This document shows positions 8,348-18,075 of a stretch of DNA of 64,000 nucleotides, in pieces. A program made the translations under genes and the position numbers. Location: contig JAJEAH010000048.1 of the NCBI GenBank assembly GCA_022824225.1, positions 2,764 to 66,763 of the forward strand. The letters are read 5' to 3'. Positions within the stretch are counted from its first letter, which is position 1, and every line of letters starts with the position of its first letter. This stretch comes from Chloroflexota bacterium (GTDB lineage Bacteria; Chloroflexota; UBA11872; VXOZ01). Below the pieces are notes generated by a model, which ran no database searches, was not told the DNA's origin, and was given only the letters and a program-made list of their open reading frames with translations.

Positions 8348-8741
8348 GGCGGCCCCCTGCGCGGGGAACGGCCTGGCTGAAGTCAACGTCGGCATACGCG
8401 CCAAAGGTGGCGGCCCCCTGCGCGGGGAACGGACGTCCGCTGCCGCCTCTGCGCCCGCCGCGTCGGCGCGGCAGTCCCATTCGCGCCGGACGACGCCCAT
8501 TCCGTCATTCCGGCGAAAGCCGGAATCCAGGGCAGCCCCATGCACGCGAGGCGGCGACAAGATCAAGGTGCTGCACGGCCTGCGCGCGCAAAGCAGCCCC
8601 ATGCACGCGAGGCAGTGACGCACTGCCGCCAGTGGGTCTTTGCCCCACCCCTGGCAGCCCCATGCACGCGAGGCGGCGACCTTGCTGCTCGTGCTGCTGA
8701 GCAAACGCTCAACGGCGGCCCCATGCACGAGACGCGCCGCC
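8348..8741. CRISPR. Degenerate orphan CRISPR-like array (type I-E-like geometry): 7 repeats of ~28 bp, 6 spacers of ~33 bp
   Basis: Repeat starts at 8348, 8409, 8470, 8531, 8592, 8653 and 8714 (exact 61-bp period). Copies 4 and 6 are identical (GGCAGCCCCATGCACGCGAGGCGGCGAC); copies 1-2 read CCGTTCCCCGCGCAGGGGG on the minus strand, resembling I-E repeats. No cas genes in the window. Confidence 0.6.
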
Positions 8742-8999
8742 AATCCGGCTGCGCCGCCCTCTTCCCCAGCGGCACGGAGCGCACCGGCGGCGCGCGCCAA
8801 GCGGTTTGTCTGCCGCCCTCCCGCTGTGCGCCGCATTCCCGCACGGGCCAAACTATGCGTCCGGCCCGCTCCGCCATCCGGCAGTTTCCACAGCGCTGAT
8901 TACCCTTCGTGGTACGATACACCGGTAAGTTCAATGCGCAGCGCATCCGCGAGTATAGCGCCAGTGGTCCCGCTGGCCGCCGCTCCCAAGAGGGATTCT

Positions 9000-10067
9000 A
9001 TGGAACGCACGAAAGACCCCTCGGAACACGCCAGAGAACCGACGACGCCGACACCAACGCCGCCACCGACGCGCGCCGAGAACCTGCAGGAGCGCACGCT
9101 CGACGCCGGCGAGTACGTGGCATCCCTGCCGGAACGCCTGGTGCGCAGCGCTGCCGCCGGGGCCGGCGGCCTGGTGCACGAGACCTCCGAGGTCGTGCTG
9201 CCGCCGCCGATACGCCACTCGCAACTCTATCAGTCCACCATCGGGCGCATGGTGCGCATAGTGGTGGAATTCGTAGGCGGCGTGTCAGGGCCGGAAGCGG
9301 CTGACGCGATGGCGATACAGGACCTCGCCGTGCGCAAGCTGGCCGGCAACGCGGTAGAGGTGGCGAGCGTGGTGGCCGTGGGGTGGTCGCCGCTCTGGAT
9401 GCTGGCGGCGGCGGCTGACGTCACCGGCGGCACACGGGCGTATTTGGACGCTTTCGTGAAAGAACTCGAAGACTCTCACGTGCTGCCGCCGGACGCCAAC
9501 GTTTCCTCCGTGGACGAACTGCTCGCCGCGCTGGGGAACACCTCCGGCCAAATGGCCGATACAATTGACATCCCGCCGCTGGCGCTCAATGACATGCGCA
9601 CGAGTTTGCAGGAATTTCGCAGCCACGCCGGGCAACTCCCCGACCCGCGCGACCTCACCCAGATATTCACGGAAATGAACCGCGCCGCGGCGGAACAGAA
9701 CCGCTCGCTGTTCACGGTTTCGTCGCTCGTCGCCGCCGGAGCGGTGCAGGCGGGCATCCAGCTTGGCAACGTGCATGTCTTTTCGTTTTATCGGGGCTCG
9801 CTGAGCACAATTCGCGCGGAAGGCGTGCCGGCATATCTGCAACGCATCAGCCAACCGTACCTGGAAGCCGCCGCGCTGCACCTGCGCCCCAGCAGCAGCA
9901 CCCACACCCAACGGCTCCTCCGGCGCTTTCTCACCCGGCGCTGGCGCAAACGCTCTGCCAACGAGGGCTCTCCCCCCGCAATAGAGGCGACAAAGACGGA
10001 CAGGCCGGAGGAATCCCGCGCCGGCGACCCCGAGGACGATACCACGCGCCAATCGCAAAGGCCATGA
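9000..10067 (+). CDS. Hypothetical, mostly helical protein
   Basis: Host-like codon usage from ATG 9000 (AAGAGGGA SD); the upstream extension in the ORF track runs through the repeat array and is probably spurious. Confidence 0.75.
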   Translation: MERTKDPSEHAREPTTPTPTPPPTRAENLQERTLDAGEYVASLPERLVRSAAAGAGGLVHETSEVVLPPPIRHSQLYQSTIGRMVRIVVEFVGGVSGPEAADAMAIQDLAVRKLAGNAVEVASVVAVGWSPLWMLAAAADVTGGTRAYLDAFVKELEDSHVLPPDANVSSVDELLAALGNTSGQMADTIDIPPLALNDMRTSLQEFRSHAGQLPDPRDLTQIFTEMNRAAAEQNRSLFTVSSLVAAGAVQAGIQLGNVHVFSFYRGSLSTIRAEGVPAYLQRISQPYLEAAALHLRPSSSTHTQRLLRRFLTRRWRKRSANEGSPPAIEATKTDRPEESRAGDPEDDTTRQSQRP

Positions 10068-10315
10068 GCGAAAATACCCCCACGCCCCGACCGCCGCCGG
10101 ACACGATCGTGCCATACCGGCGGCGTATCTGAGACAGGCAGGCGATGTTTGGGCATAGAAAATCTACCCTTTACTGCCTCCCTTTTGCGATTCCGCCTTC
10201 TCTGCTGAGTGTTTCCCTGCGCGCAGGCAGCGGTAAAGGACATCCGGTCCGCCGCAGAGCGGGCGCGGCGGCAAGAACGAGCAAGCGGTCGCACCGATCG
10301 ACAGGACACTAAGCA

Positions 10316-11086
10316 ATGCTTCTCGTACTGGACATCGGCAACACGAATATCGCCGTGGGCGCTTTCGAAGCGAGCGCGCTGAAGGGGTCCTGGCGGCTGA
10401 ATACGGAAATCGGCAAGACGAGCGACGAATACGGCGTGCAAATCGTTGCGTTTATACGGCATGCCGGACTGGACGCACACCGCTGCGAAGCCGTCATCGT
10501 ATCCAGCGTGGTGCCGCCGCTGGCGCGCGCCGTCAACGATCTCTGCGTCAAGTATCTGGGGCATACGCCCGTGCTCATCGATCCCCGCGCCGTGCCCGGC
10601 GTGGCGGTGGAGATCGACCGGCCGGAGGAAGTCGGCGCCGACCGGGTGGTGAACGCGGCAGCGGCCTTCGAGCGCCACGGCGGCCCGTGCATCGTCATCG
10701 ACTTCGGCACGGCTACCACCTTCGACGTAGTCTCGGCGGCGGGCAACTACACAGGCGGCGCCATCGCGCCGGGGCTGGGTCTGGCCACGGAAGCCCTGGT
10801 CGCCCATGCCTCCCGCCTCTACCGCGTTGAGTTCGTGCCGCCAAAAACGGTGGTGGGCAAGAGCACCATCCACGCCATGCAGTCCGGCATCATGCTCGGC
10901 TATCTTTCCTTGGTGGAAGGCATGATCCGCCGCTTTCACGACGAGATTGGCGTCTGCACGGTGGTGGCAACCGGCGGTTTTGCCGGCCTCTTTGCTAAGC
11001 ACACGTCGGTGATCGACGCGGTAGACGCGAACCTGACGCTGGAAGGCCTGCGGATAGTGTACGACCGCCTGCAACGGGGCACGTAG
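10316..11086 (+). CDS. coaX: Type III pantothenate kinase
   Basis: LVLDIGNTN, EVGADR, IDFGTATT, GGAIAPG, VVATGG and LTLEGL motifs. Confidence 0.96.
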   Translation: MLLVLDIGNTNIAVGAFEASALKGSWRLNTEIGKTSDEYGVQIVAFIRHAGLDAHRCEAVIVSSVVPPLARAVNDLCVKYLGHTPVLIDPRAVPGVAVEIDRPEEVGADRVVNAAAAFERHGGPCIVIDFGTATTFDVVSAAGNYTGGAIAPGLGLATEALVAHASRLYRVEFVPPKTVVGKSTIHAMQSGIMLGYLSLVEGMIRRFHDEIGVCTVVATGGFAGLFAKHTSVIDAVDANLTLEGLRIVYDRLQRGT

Positions 11087-11410
11087 GTCGGCTCGTTTCA
11101 GTCGCTCTTGGCCCAGTACCACCGTCGCGCGCGGGGCCTTTCGCCTGCGCCGTGCCAAGCTCTGCCTTGCCCGCGGTTGCCAACCTTTGCCACGCAGAGA
11201 CGGAGGTTACCCGCCCTGCGCTCTTTCTCCGCAGATTCCGCCAAGCCGTGCCGCGCCGGGACGGAAGTCTACCTGAGTGAAAGCAACGCTGCGCGCATCG
11301 ATTTGGTGGGGAGTCTTGGGCCCGGCGCTCAAGTCCGCGATGCTATTCCCCGCCCGTATACTGGTGTACAGTGAGACCGGTGCCCTGAGGGAGTTGAGGG
11401 GAGCGAGCGC

Positions 11411-12619
11411 ATGAGCGTCTTGGGCGGAAAGAACATCCTGCTTGGCGTGTGCGGCAGCATTGCCGCCTTCAAGGCGGTGGCGTTGGCCAGCCAGCTCAAC
11501 CAGGCCGGGGCGGCGGTCACTACTATTCTCACCAAAGACGCCGCGCGCTTCGTTACGCCGCTTTCGTTCACGAGCGTCACGCAGCGTCCGGCCTACATCG
11601 ACCTCTACACGCCCGATCCCGGCCGCATCTTGCACATTGCCCTGGCCGAGGAGGCCGACCTGCTGGCCGTCGTGCCCGCCACCGCACACACCCTGGGCCG
11701 CATGGCGCAGGGACTGGCCGACGATCTCCTGACCTGCACCGTTCTCAGCACACAAGCGCCGGTGCTCGTTGCTCCCGCCATGGACGGCGGCATGTTCACC
11801 AATCCCGCCACACAGCAGAATCTGGCGACTCTGCGGGAGCGGGGCGTGCACGTGGTGGAGCCGTTGGCCGGCAGGCTGGCGTCGGGTCTCGTGGCCCAGG
11901 GGCGGCTGCCGGAAGTGGATGCGCTCATCGCCGAAATGCGCGCCGTGCTCGGCAGCGGCGGCCCACTGGCGGGCAAGACGGTGGTCGTTACCGCGGGCGG
12001 CACGCAGGAGCCGCTGGACCCCGTGCGCTACATCGGCAACCGCTCCAGCGGCAAGATGGGATTCGCCCTGGCGGAGGCGGCCAGAGACTACGGGGCGCGG
12101 GTGATACTCATCACAGGCGCCACCACCGCGCCGCCGCCCCACGGCATGGAAACAGTTTCCGCAACCACGGCCGCCGCCATGCAGGCCGCGGTCAACGAAC
12201 ACACCGCCCAGGCGGATGCGCTGATCATGGCCGCGGCAGTCGCCGACTACCGGCCCCAGACTGCCCAGGGCCAAAAGACGAAACGCACCGGCGATTCGCT
12301 TGCCCTTACCCTGGTTGAGAACGAGGACATTCTGGCCCAAGTCCCGCACACCCTCGTGAAAGTCGGCTTCGCCGCCGAGACCGAGCACATGATAGAGCAT
12401 GCGGAGAGCAAACTCACGCGCAAGAGCGCGGACCTCATCGTCGCCAATGATGTGTCTCGAGCCGACAGCGGCTTTGGCACGGACACGAACCAGGTGGTGA
12501 TCCTGAGCAGAGATAGACCCCCGGAGTCGCTGCCGGTGCTCGCCAAGACCGAGGTCGCCGAGACCATCCTGCAACGTGTGGCAGCCCTCCTCCGGCACGG
12601 GGCCGGCCGTTCGTGCTGA
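11411..12619 (+). CDS. coaBC: Bifunctional phosphopantothenoylcysteine decarboxylase/phosphopantothenate-cysteine ligase
   Basis: GSIAAFK, PATAHTL, APAMD, TAGGTQEPLDPVRYIGNRSSGKMG, AAVADY, VGFAAET and IVANDV motifs. Confidence 0.97.
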   Translation: MSVLGGKNILLGVCGSIAAFKAVALASQLNQAGAAVTTILTKDAARFVTPLSFTSVTQRPAYIDLYTPDPGRILHIALAEEADLLAVVPATAHTLGRMAQGLADDLLTCTVLSTQAPVLVAPAMDGGMFTNPATQQNLATLRERGVHVVEPLAGRLASGLVAQGRLPEVDALIAEMRAVLGSGGPLAGKTVVVTAGGTQEPLDPVRYIGNRSSGKMGFALAEAARDYGARVILITGATTAPPPHGMETVSATTAAAMQAAVNEHTAQADALIMAAAVADYRPQTAQGQKTKRTGDSLALTLVENEDILAQVPHTLVKVGFAAETEHMIEHAESKLTRKSADLIVANDVSRADSGFGTDTNQVVILSRDRPPESLPVLAKTEVAETILQRVAALLRHGAGRSC

Positions 12620-12708
12620 GCGTGTCGTAGCACGTCCGACGGCGAGTTGCTTCTGGGACTGTTCAAGGTTGGTTGCGGCGGTGGGGCAAACAAGACACGG
12701 CTCTCGGC

Positions 12709-13365
12709 TTACGCGAGTTCCCGATCGAAGTGCGGCGCGCACTGCTCATCGCGCTGCCGGGCAAACGCATCGGGCACGCGCAGGTCGGCGCCGCGTGACA
12801 GCGGCGGCAGCGCGTCTGCGGAAAAATAGCCCACGTCCAGCGCTTCGCTCGTCGGGTGCGGCGTGCCGGAGACGTGGGCGCACATGAAGCCGATGCTAAA
12901 GAGTTGATACGGCGCTCGGCCGCGATACGTCCGGTTGTCGTAGATGCCGATGAGGCGCTCGGCGCGCACGCGCACGCCGGTCTCCTCCCAGAACTCGCGC
13001 TCCGCCGCGTCCGCGGCCGTCTCGCCCACTTCCACCATGCCGCCCGGCAGCGCCCACAGCCGGTTGTCGGACCGCTGCATGAGCAGCACCCGGCCTTGCG
13101 CGTCGAAGAGCGCGCCGTAGGCTGCCACTTTCGGTGTCTGCACGCCCACGTCGCCGCGATACACCGCCTCGATCTCCGCAGCCGAACGCGTATCCGTCAG
13201 CGCGAAGAGCCGCGCCGCCAACCCCAGCACCTGTTCGTAGCGCGCAACGTCATACTCGTTGTCGTCGCGCCGCGCATAGTGAAGCCCGTTCTGCCCCAGC
13301 GCCCGCAACTGGTCGGCAACGTCCAACAAGACGCTGCCAACGTCTTCTCTGGTCTCGTTCGCCAT
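12709..13365 (-). CDS. NUDIX hydrolase with Nudix_N domain
   Basis: LGQNGL.Y...YD..RY N-terminal domain; Nudix box GGMVEVGETAADAAEREFWEETG. Confidence 0.93.
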   Translation of the reverse strand: MANETREDVGSVLLDVADQLRALGQNGLHYARRDDNEYDVARYEQVLGLAARLFALTDTRSAAEIEAVYRGDVGVQTPKVAAYGALFDAQGRVLLMQRSDNRLWALPGGMVEVGETAADAAEREFWEETGVRVRAERLIGIYDNRTYRGRAPYQLFSIGFMCAHVSGTPHPTSEALDVGYFSADALPPLSRGADLRVPDAFARQRDEQCAPHFDRELA

Positions 13366-13372
13366 GCTGCGC

Positions 13373-14059
13373 CTATCCCAGCATTACTTGCTTGAACTTC
13401 TCCAACGTAAACGCCGGATCGGCCAGAGCTTCCAGTAGCTTGCCCTCGTCCCGGCGGACCTCAGCGGCTTTGTCGGCAACCTGGGCGGCGATTTCGGCGG
13501 GAATCTGCACCACGCCGTTGCGGTCGGCATGCAGTAAGTCGCCAGGACTAACCGCAAGCCCCGCTACTGTCACCGGCGCGGCAAACGACTCGATGGTTAT
13601 TTGACCGTGGGACACGATCACGCCGGAGGCGAAGTACTGCAGGCCCAGGGCGCGAACCTCGTTGATGTCGCGCACGGCCCCGTCGGTGATTACGCCCACG
13701 AAATCCAGGCGCGCAAGCATAGTGCACATGATTTCGCCAAAGATGGCTGCCGGCACGTCCGGCGAGGCGTCGTGGGCCACCAGGATGCGGGGCGCCGGTA
13801 GCCCCGCCGCCTGCTCCAGCGCCTCGATCCACGCCTGGCGCATGGGCGGATCACCCGCTTCGCGGTCTTTGAACGTGACGGTGTAGGCGTAGCCGACGAT
13901 TTCGCCAAGTTCGGGATAGAGACACCGGATCGAACCATCCATGTACCCGGCGCGGCGGTCGCGCGCGTCGAATTCCTCGATGGCGTTGGCGATGGTGGGG
14001 CTGTCGATAGCGCGGAGCGCGGCAAGTTGCTCCGGCGTCAGTTCTGCTACTGATGACAC
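13373..14059 (-). CDS. RraA/HMG-CHA aldolase family protein
   Basis: DSPTIANAIE, GYAYT, AIFGEIM, TDGAVRDI and VSPGDLLHADRNGVV motifs; start uncertain (GTG 14059 or 14068). Confidence 0.9.
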   Translation of the reverse strand: MSSVAELTPEQLAALRAIDSPTIANAIEEFDARDRRAGYMDGSIRCLYPELGEIVGYAYTVTFKDREAGDPPMRQAWIEALEQAAGLPAPRILVAHDASPDVPAAIFGEIMCTMLARLDFVGVITDGAVRDINEVRALGLQYFASGVIVSHGQITIESFAAPVTVAGLAVSPGDLLHADRNGVVQIPAEIAAQVADKAAEVRRDEGKLLEALADPAFTLEKFKQVMLG

Positions 14060-14183
14060 GAAATGCACTCTCTTTCTGCGCAATATGCATGAGTTTTGCT
14101 GGCGCGGATTCCTGCCCAAGGCCCAGTAGCGGCAGGCTTCGCGGCGTGGCCGCCGCAGCGACGGAGCGAGCCGCGACGTCCCG

Positions 14184-14966
14184 TTAGACCAGGCAGCCGT
14201 CTAGCAAGCGCTGCAAGCTCCCGCCGGCGATGCCCGCCCGGGCTGCGGGGTCGAGTCCCCCGTAGGATAGCGTGGTGATGGGCAGGGCGGGCTCGAAGAT
14301 GGGCAGTCCAGTGCCAAATATAAACCGCTCGGCTCCCCAGCGTCCCACGAGTTCCAGGAGCGCGCTGTGGCCGCCCAGATACGAGGTCTCTACATAAAGA
14401 TTCGGCGCGCGGTCCAGCAGCGGGTAGAGCACGCGGAAGTCGGCGTGGGACTGGCGCAGAAGAACTACCGGCAGGTCGGGAAACGCCTCCAGAAGCCAGG
14501 CGATGAAGTCCCAGTGGCGGGGTTCGCTGTAGTGGGCGTTATCGAAGTCGAGCAGCATGGGCACGCGCTTGGCCGCCAGCGCCGCGGCCAATGGTTCGAT
14601 CACCCACGGCTCCAACACCAGCGTATGCGCCTTGGGGCATAGCCGCGCGGCACGGGCGCCGGCGTCCAGCAGGCGCGCCACCTGTGCGGTTTCGGGCGGC
14701 GTTTCGCCCGTGGCGGCAGGCATCACCACCCAGCAGGCGTCAAGACGCGGCTCGCCGGCAATGGCCTGCAGCAAGCGTTCGTTGCCGCCGGTGGGATCGT
14801 GCCACTTGGCGACGGTGTGGGTCACCAGCGCCCGGCGAATGTCATACGCGTGCAGCAATGCGAGCAGGCTCGCGACGTCCTGGGGCGCCCCCGGCGGGCG
14901 ATGGGGCAGTGGGCCCAGCAGCACGTTGACGTCGAAGAGGTCGGGCCGCCCGTTACCTTCGGCCAT
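14184..14966 (-). CDS. Amidohydrolase_2-fold protein lacking canonical metal ligands
   Basis: Overall pattern (GNERLL..., PNLYVETS, ERFIFGTGLP) is amidohydrolase-like, but DVNV replaces DxHxH and FGTG replaces FGSD; start ATG 14966 with GAGGAG SD. Confidence 0.8.
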   Translation of the reverse strand: MAEGNGRPDLFDVNVLLGPLPHRPPGAPQDVASLLALLHAYDIRRALVTHTVAKWHDPTGGNERLLQAIAGEPRLDACWVVMPAATGETPPETAQVARLLDAGARAARLCPKAHTLVLEPWVIEPLAAALAAKRVPMLLDFDNAHYSEPRHWDFIAWLLEAFPDLPVVLLRQSHADFRVLYPLLDRAPNLYVETSYLGGHSALLELVGRWGAERFIFGTGLPIFEPALPITTLSYGGLDPAARAGIAGGSLQRLLDGCLV

Positions 14967-15187
14967 GAAGAGATTCTCCTCTGCTGCCGCGTACCGGCAG
15001 GCCGCCAGGGCGCGGACATGGTGTTGCGGCATTCTCGCGGGTTCACGCCCAACGGCACATTTGCCAATTGGCTACTGTTCTGGCGCGCGACCGTCCGGTG
15101 CGCGCCCGTGTGTTTGCGCCGTCCGGTTTGGCTAGGAGCCGCGCACGCGGCGGCAATTTCGCGTCGCCGCCAATGCGATAGAGCACG

Positions 15188-17767
15188 TTACATCTTACCG
15201 CTGTCGGGGGCGGTTTGCCTAGGGGAGCGCCTCCGGATCGGCAATCGCCCCGCGTGCCAGAGCGTGCCGAGGAGCAGCGACAGAAGCCCCGCTGCGGTGA
15301 GCCGCAGGCCAAGAGCGAAGCCCGGGGGTGAGTACTGAAAGACTACGCGCTGCGTCTCCGCCGTGACCGGCACGGCCATGCCCAGGCCGTTGGCCGCAAT
15401 GATCTCCTCCGGTTGGCCGTCCACCGTAGCCGTCCACCCGCTGAGCGGCGTTTGCAGCCAGACCAGCAGGCCCGCGCCATCCGACCGGACGGCGAATTCC
15501 GCGCGGTGCGGGTCTTGGGCGGCAACGTCCACGCTGGAACCGGCTGCGCTCAGGCGCGGCCCCGCCGCCAGCACCGGTTCGCGCGCAAGCACGGGACGGT
15601 CCCGCGCCAGGAGCGCCAACGCGGTCTCTACGTCCGCGGCGAGCGCATATTCACCGGCGAGGAAGAACGCCGGCGCGGGGTCGGCCAGCGCATAGGTGTA
15701 TACGGTGATCCGGCCGCCCGTGAGCGAAATGTGCTCCTGTGCGGCAAGGGTGAGCTGCGGGTCTGCCAACGGCTCCAGGGTCGTGACATGGCGGACGCCC
15801 AGAGCCGCGAGCGCCGGCAGGCGGCTCAGGAAGACTTCGCGCTTGGCGGCGGCATCCAACCCGGCGTCGCCGGCAAACCCGGGTGTGATGGCGCGTTCGC
15901 TGCCCACGTAACCCAGCACGGCGTCCTGCGCCGCCGTCATCAGGTTTTCATAGCCGTCCAGGCTGGGTATGCCGTGAACCACGCCGCGATTGGGCGCCAG
16001 CGCCGCGATGGGGATGCGGTACTCCAAGGCGACGCGGTCGGCGCTCGCGGGACGCCGGTCCTGCGTCTGCGCGAATTCATGGCGCAATCCGCCCAAGCGC
16101 CAGCCAAAGCTGCGCCCGGGCGTGTCGTCTGCCTGCGCGGCGGTCACCGCCGCGGGCCGGGTGGCGACCACGCTTGCGGGCGCGCTCGGCGTCAGGCCGC
16201 GATTGCCCACCAGCAGCGTGCCGGCCACGACGGCGAGGAGGAAGAGCAAGGAGAGGCTGCCGCGCTCGCCGCGGCGCAGCCAGAGCAGCGCCAGGCCCGC
16301 TCCGAGGAGCGAAAGCGCGTAGAACGGTACCAGAGGTTCATCTATGCGCAGGGAGCGGCCCGCCGCCGCGATCTCGTCCGCCATGGCATTGTAGTAGAAC
16401 GCCGGGGTCTGGAGCTTGGTAGGGTCGGTCAGGATGAAGCGGTCGACATAGGCCCGGCCCGTGTCGGCAATGCGGTCAGTCAGCAATCTGAAGGCGAGCG
16501 CCGCCAGTGTGCCCCCGGCTGCCAGCAGCGCGGCGAGCGCGATGAGGGCTCTTTGCGCGTACCGCATGCCGCGCTCCACTGCCGCGCTCCCGCCCGCAAG
16601 CACGGCGTGCAAGCCGTAGGCCGCGAGGAGCGCGATGCAGGCGTTTACGGCCACAGCCGCCCGGTGGGGGTCACGGAAGAACGCGAAGCCCGGTATGAGT
16701 TGCAGCAGGCCGTAGACCGGCGTATAGCGCCCCAGCGCAAAGACTGCGGCCGCGGCAAGGGCTATGGCGAACGCGCGCACGGCGACGCCGGTCCGCCAAC
16801 GGGTAAGCCCGACCACGGCCAGAACCACCGGCAGCGCGCCGACGAACAGCAGACCTTGCGCGCTGAGCACGCGGGGAATGTGAAAGTCCAGAAAGACAAA
16901 TCCAAGCAGGAACGACCACGGCGGGACGGAGACGCCGCCCGCCTGAACGCCGCCCCGGGCCGACTCCGCCACCAGCGCGAGGGTGGTCAGCCAGCGCATG
17001 AGACTGATCGCCGCGCCGGTTGCCGCCGCCGTGCCCAGCGCAAGGGCGAGCGCGAGGCCGCGATAGAGGTCTTGGCGCATAACCGCCACGACGTGGGCGA
17101 GGGCGTAGACCGCCGGCAGGAGGAAGAGATAGCCAAACACCTGGGGATGGGCTGCCAATAGGGCGAGGGCAACAATCGCGCTCATCAGCGGCCACGCCCA
17201 CCAGCGCCGTTGGGTGAGCCCGTGTACGCCGAGCAGTGCGTACGGCGTGCACGCAAACAGCGGGGAGAAATTGTTGAAGTGCAGCGTACCGAGCATGAAC
17301 GTGTTGAGGGCATAGACGCTTCCCGCCAGCAGAGCCGCTGCGGGGCGCAAGCCCAGGACGCGCACGAAGGCGTAGAGACCCACGGCGGCGGCGCAGAGGT
17401 GGACCGCCATGGCGGCGGCGTAGCCCATGGGCGGCGGCAGCGCGAGCAGGAACGGCCAGTGCAGCGGATAGAACCACGGATACTCGCTGAACGCGATGGG
17501 AAAGCCGCCGAGAATCTCCGAGGTCCAGAGCGGGAAGACGCCGCCGCGCAGTTGCGCCGCCTGCCACTCGGCCCATACCTGGTTGGCCAGGATCAGGTCG
17601 CCGTTTAGCCAGTGCTCCCCCAGCACCAACAAGCGCCGGAACGGCCACAGACACAGGAGCGCCAGCACGGCTACCGCGTAGCGGTCCGACTTGCCCCGGT
17701 CGGCAAGCCGCTGCAGGAGCGCGTCCCAGTGGCGCAGGCTGCGGGTAAGTGTAGCCGGCTGTCGCAT
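15188..17767 (-). CDS. YfhO-like polytopic membrane protein (GT-C glycosyltransferase superfamily)
   Basis: Many TM segments; G..PLW....GGFP....YP, FFRDPHR and C-terminal GWTATVDG....AN...MAVPV....V.F.Y.P motifs. Confidence 0.85.
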   Translation of the reverse strand: MRQPATLTRSLRHWDALLQRLADRGKSDRYAVAVLALLCLWPFRRLLVLGEHWLNGDLILANQVWAEWQAAQLRGGVFPLWTSEILGGFPIAFSEYPWFYPLHWPFLLALPPPMGYAAAMAVHLCAAAVGLYAFVRVLGLRPAAALLAGSVYALNTFMLGTLHFNNFSPLFACTPYALLGVHGLTQRRWWAWPLMSAIVALALLAAHPQVFGYLFLLPAVYALAHVVAVMRQDLYRGLALALALGTAAATGAAISLMRWLTTLALVAESARGGVQAGGVSVPPWSFLLGFVFLDFHIPRVLSAQGLLFVGALPVVLAVVGLTRWRTGVAVRAFAIALAAAAVFALGRYTPVYGLLQLIPGFAFFRDPHRAAVAVNACIALLAAYGLHAVLAGGSAAVERGMRYAQRALIALAALLAAGGTLAALAFRLLTDRIADTGRAYVDRFILTDPTKLQTPAFYYNAMADEIAAAGRSLRIDEPLVPFYALSLLGAGLALLWLRRGERGSLSLLFLLAVVAGTLLVGNRGLTPSAPASVVATRPAAVTAAQADDTPGRSFGWRLGGLRHEFAQTQDRRPASADRVALEYRIPIAALAPNRGVVHGIPSLDGYENLMTAAQDAVLGYVGSERAITPGFAGDAGLDAAAKREVFLSRLPALAALGVRHVTTLEPLADPQLTLAAQEHISLTGGRITVYTYALADPAPAFFLAGEYALAADVETALALLARDRPVLAREPVLAAGPRLSAAGSSVDVAAQDPHRAEFAVRSDGAGLLVWLQTPLSGWTATVDGQPEEIIAANGLGMAVPVTAETQRVVFQYSPPGFALGLRLTAAGLLSLLLGTLWHAGRLPIRRRSPRQTAPDSGKM

Positions 17768-18075
17768 ACCAGTAATTATGACACGCTGGATGCGCGGAGA
17801 CCGCGTGGGAGCCCGCGCGGGTATCCCAGGTGGCGCCGCCCAGTCCGACGGACCGCGTGAGGCTCCCGCGCATCTGTGCGGGTTGCCGGACCGGCTGGGC
17901 GGGATCTCCCGCCGAAGTCCTGCCGGCTGCGCGGCCGGAGGGCCGGCGAATACGGTCAGACCGCTGTCAAGCCCGCCGCGCCGGAGCGGCTTGGCACGTT
18001 GAGGAGCGGGACGATAATGGCTTATAGTAGGATTCGGTTCCGCAAACCAGCACAGTGAATCGAGGACCCATCGCG

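Noticed and set aside
8256-8999. N-terminal extensions of ORFs 7440..8480 and 8640..10067, and other ORFs across the array
   Set aside because: Low-complexity translations through repeats; better SD-supported starts exist at 8255 and 9000.
9788-17161. Long antisense or alternate-frame ORFs (e.g. 9788..11158, 11207..12742, 15413..17161)
   Set aside because: Shadow ORFs of well-supported genes, expected in high-GC DNA; no recognisable motifs.
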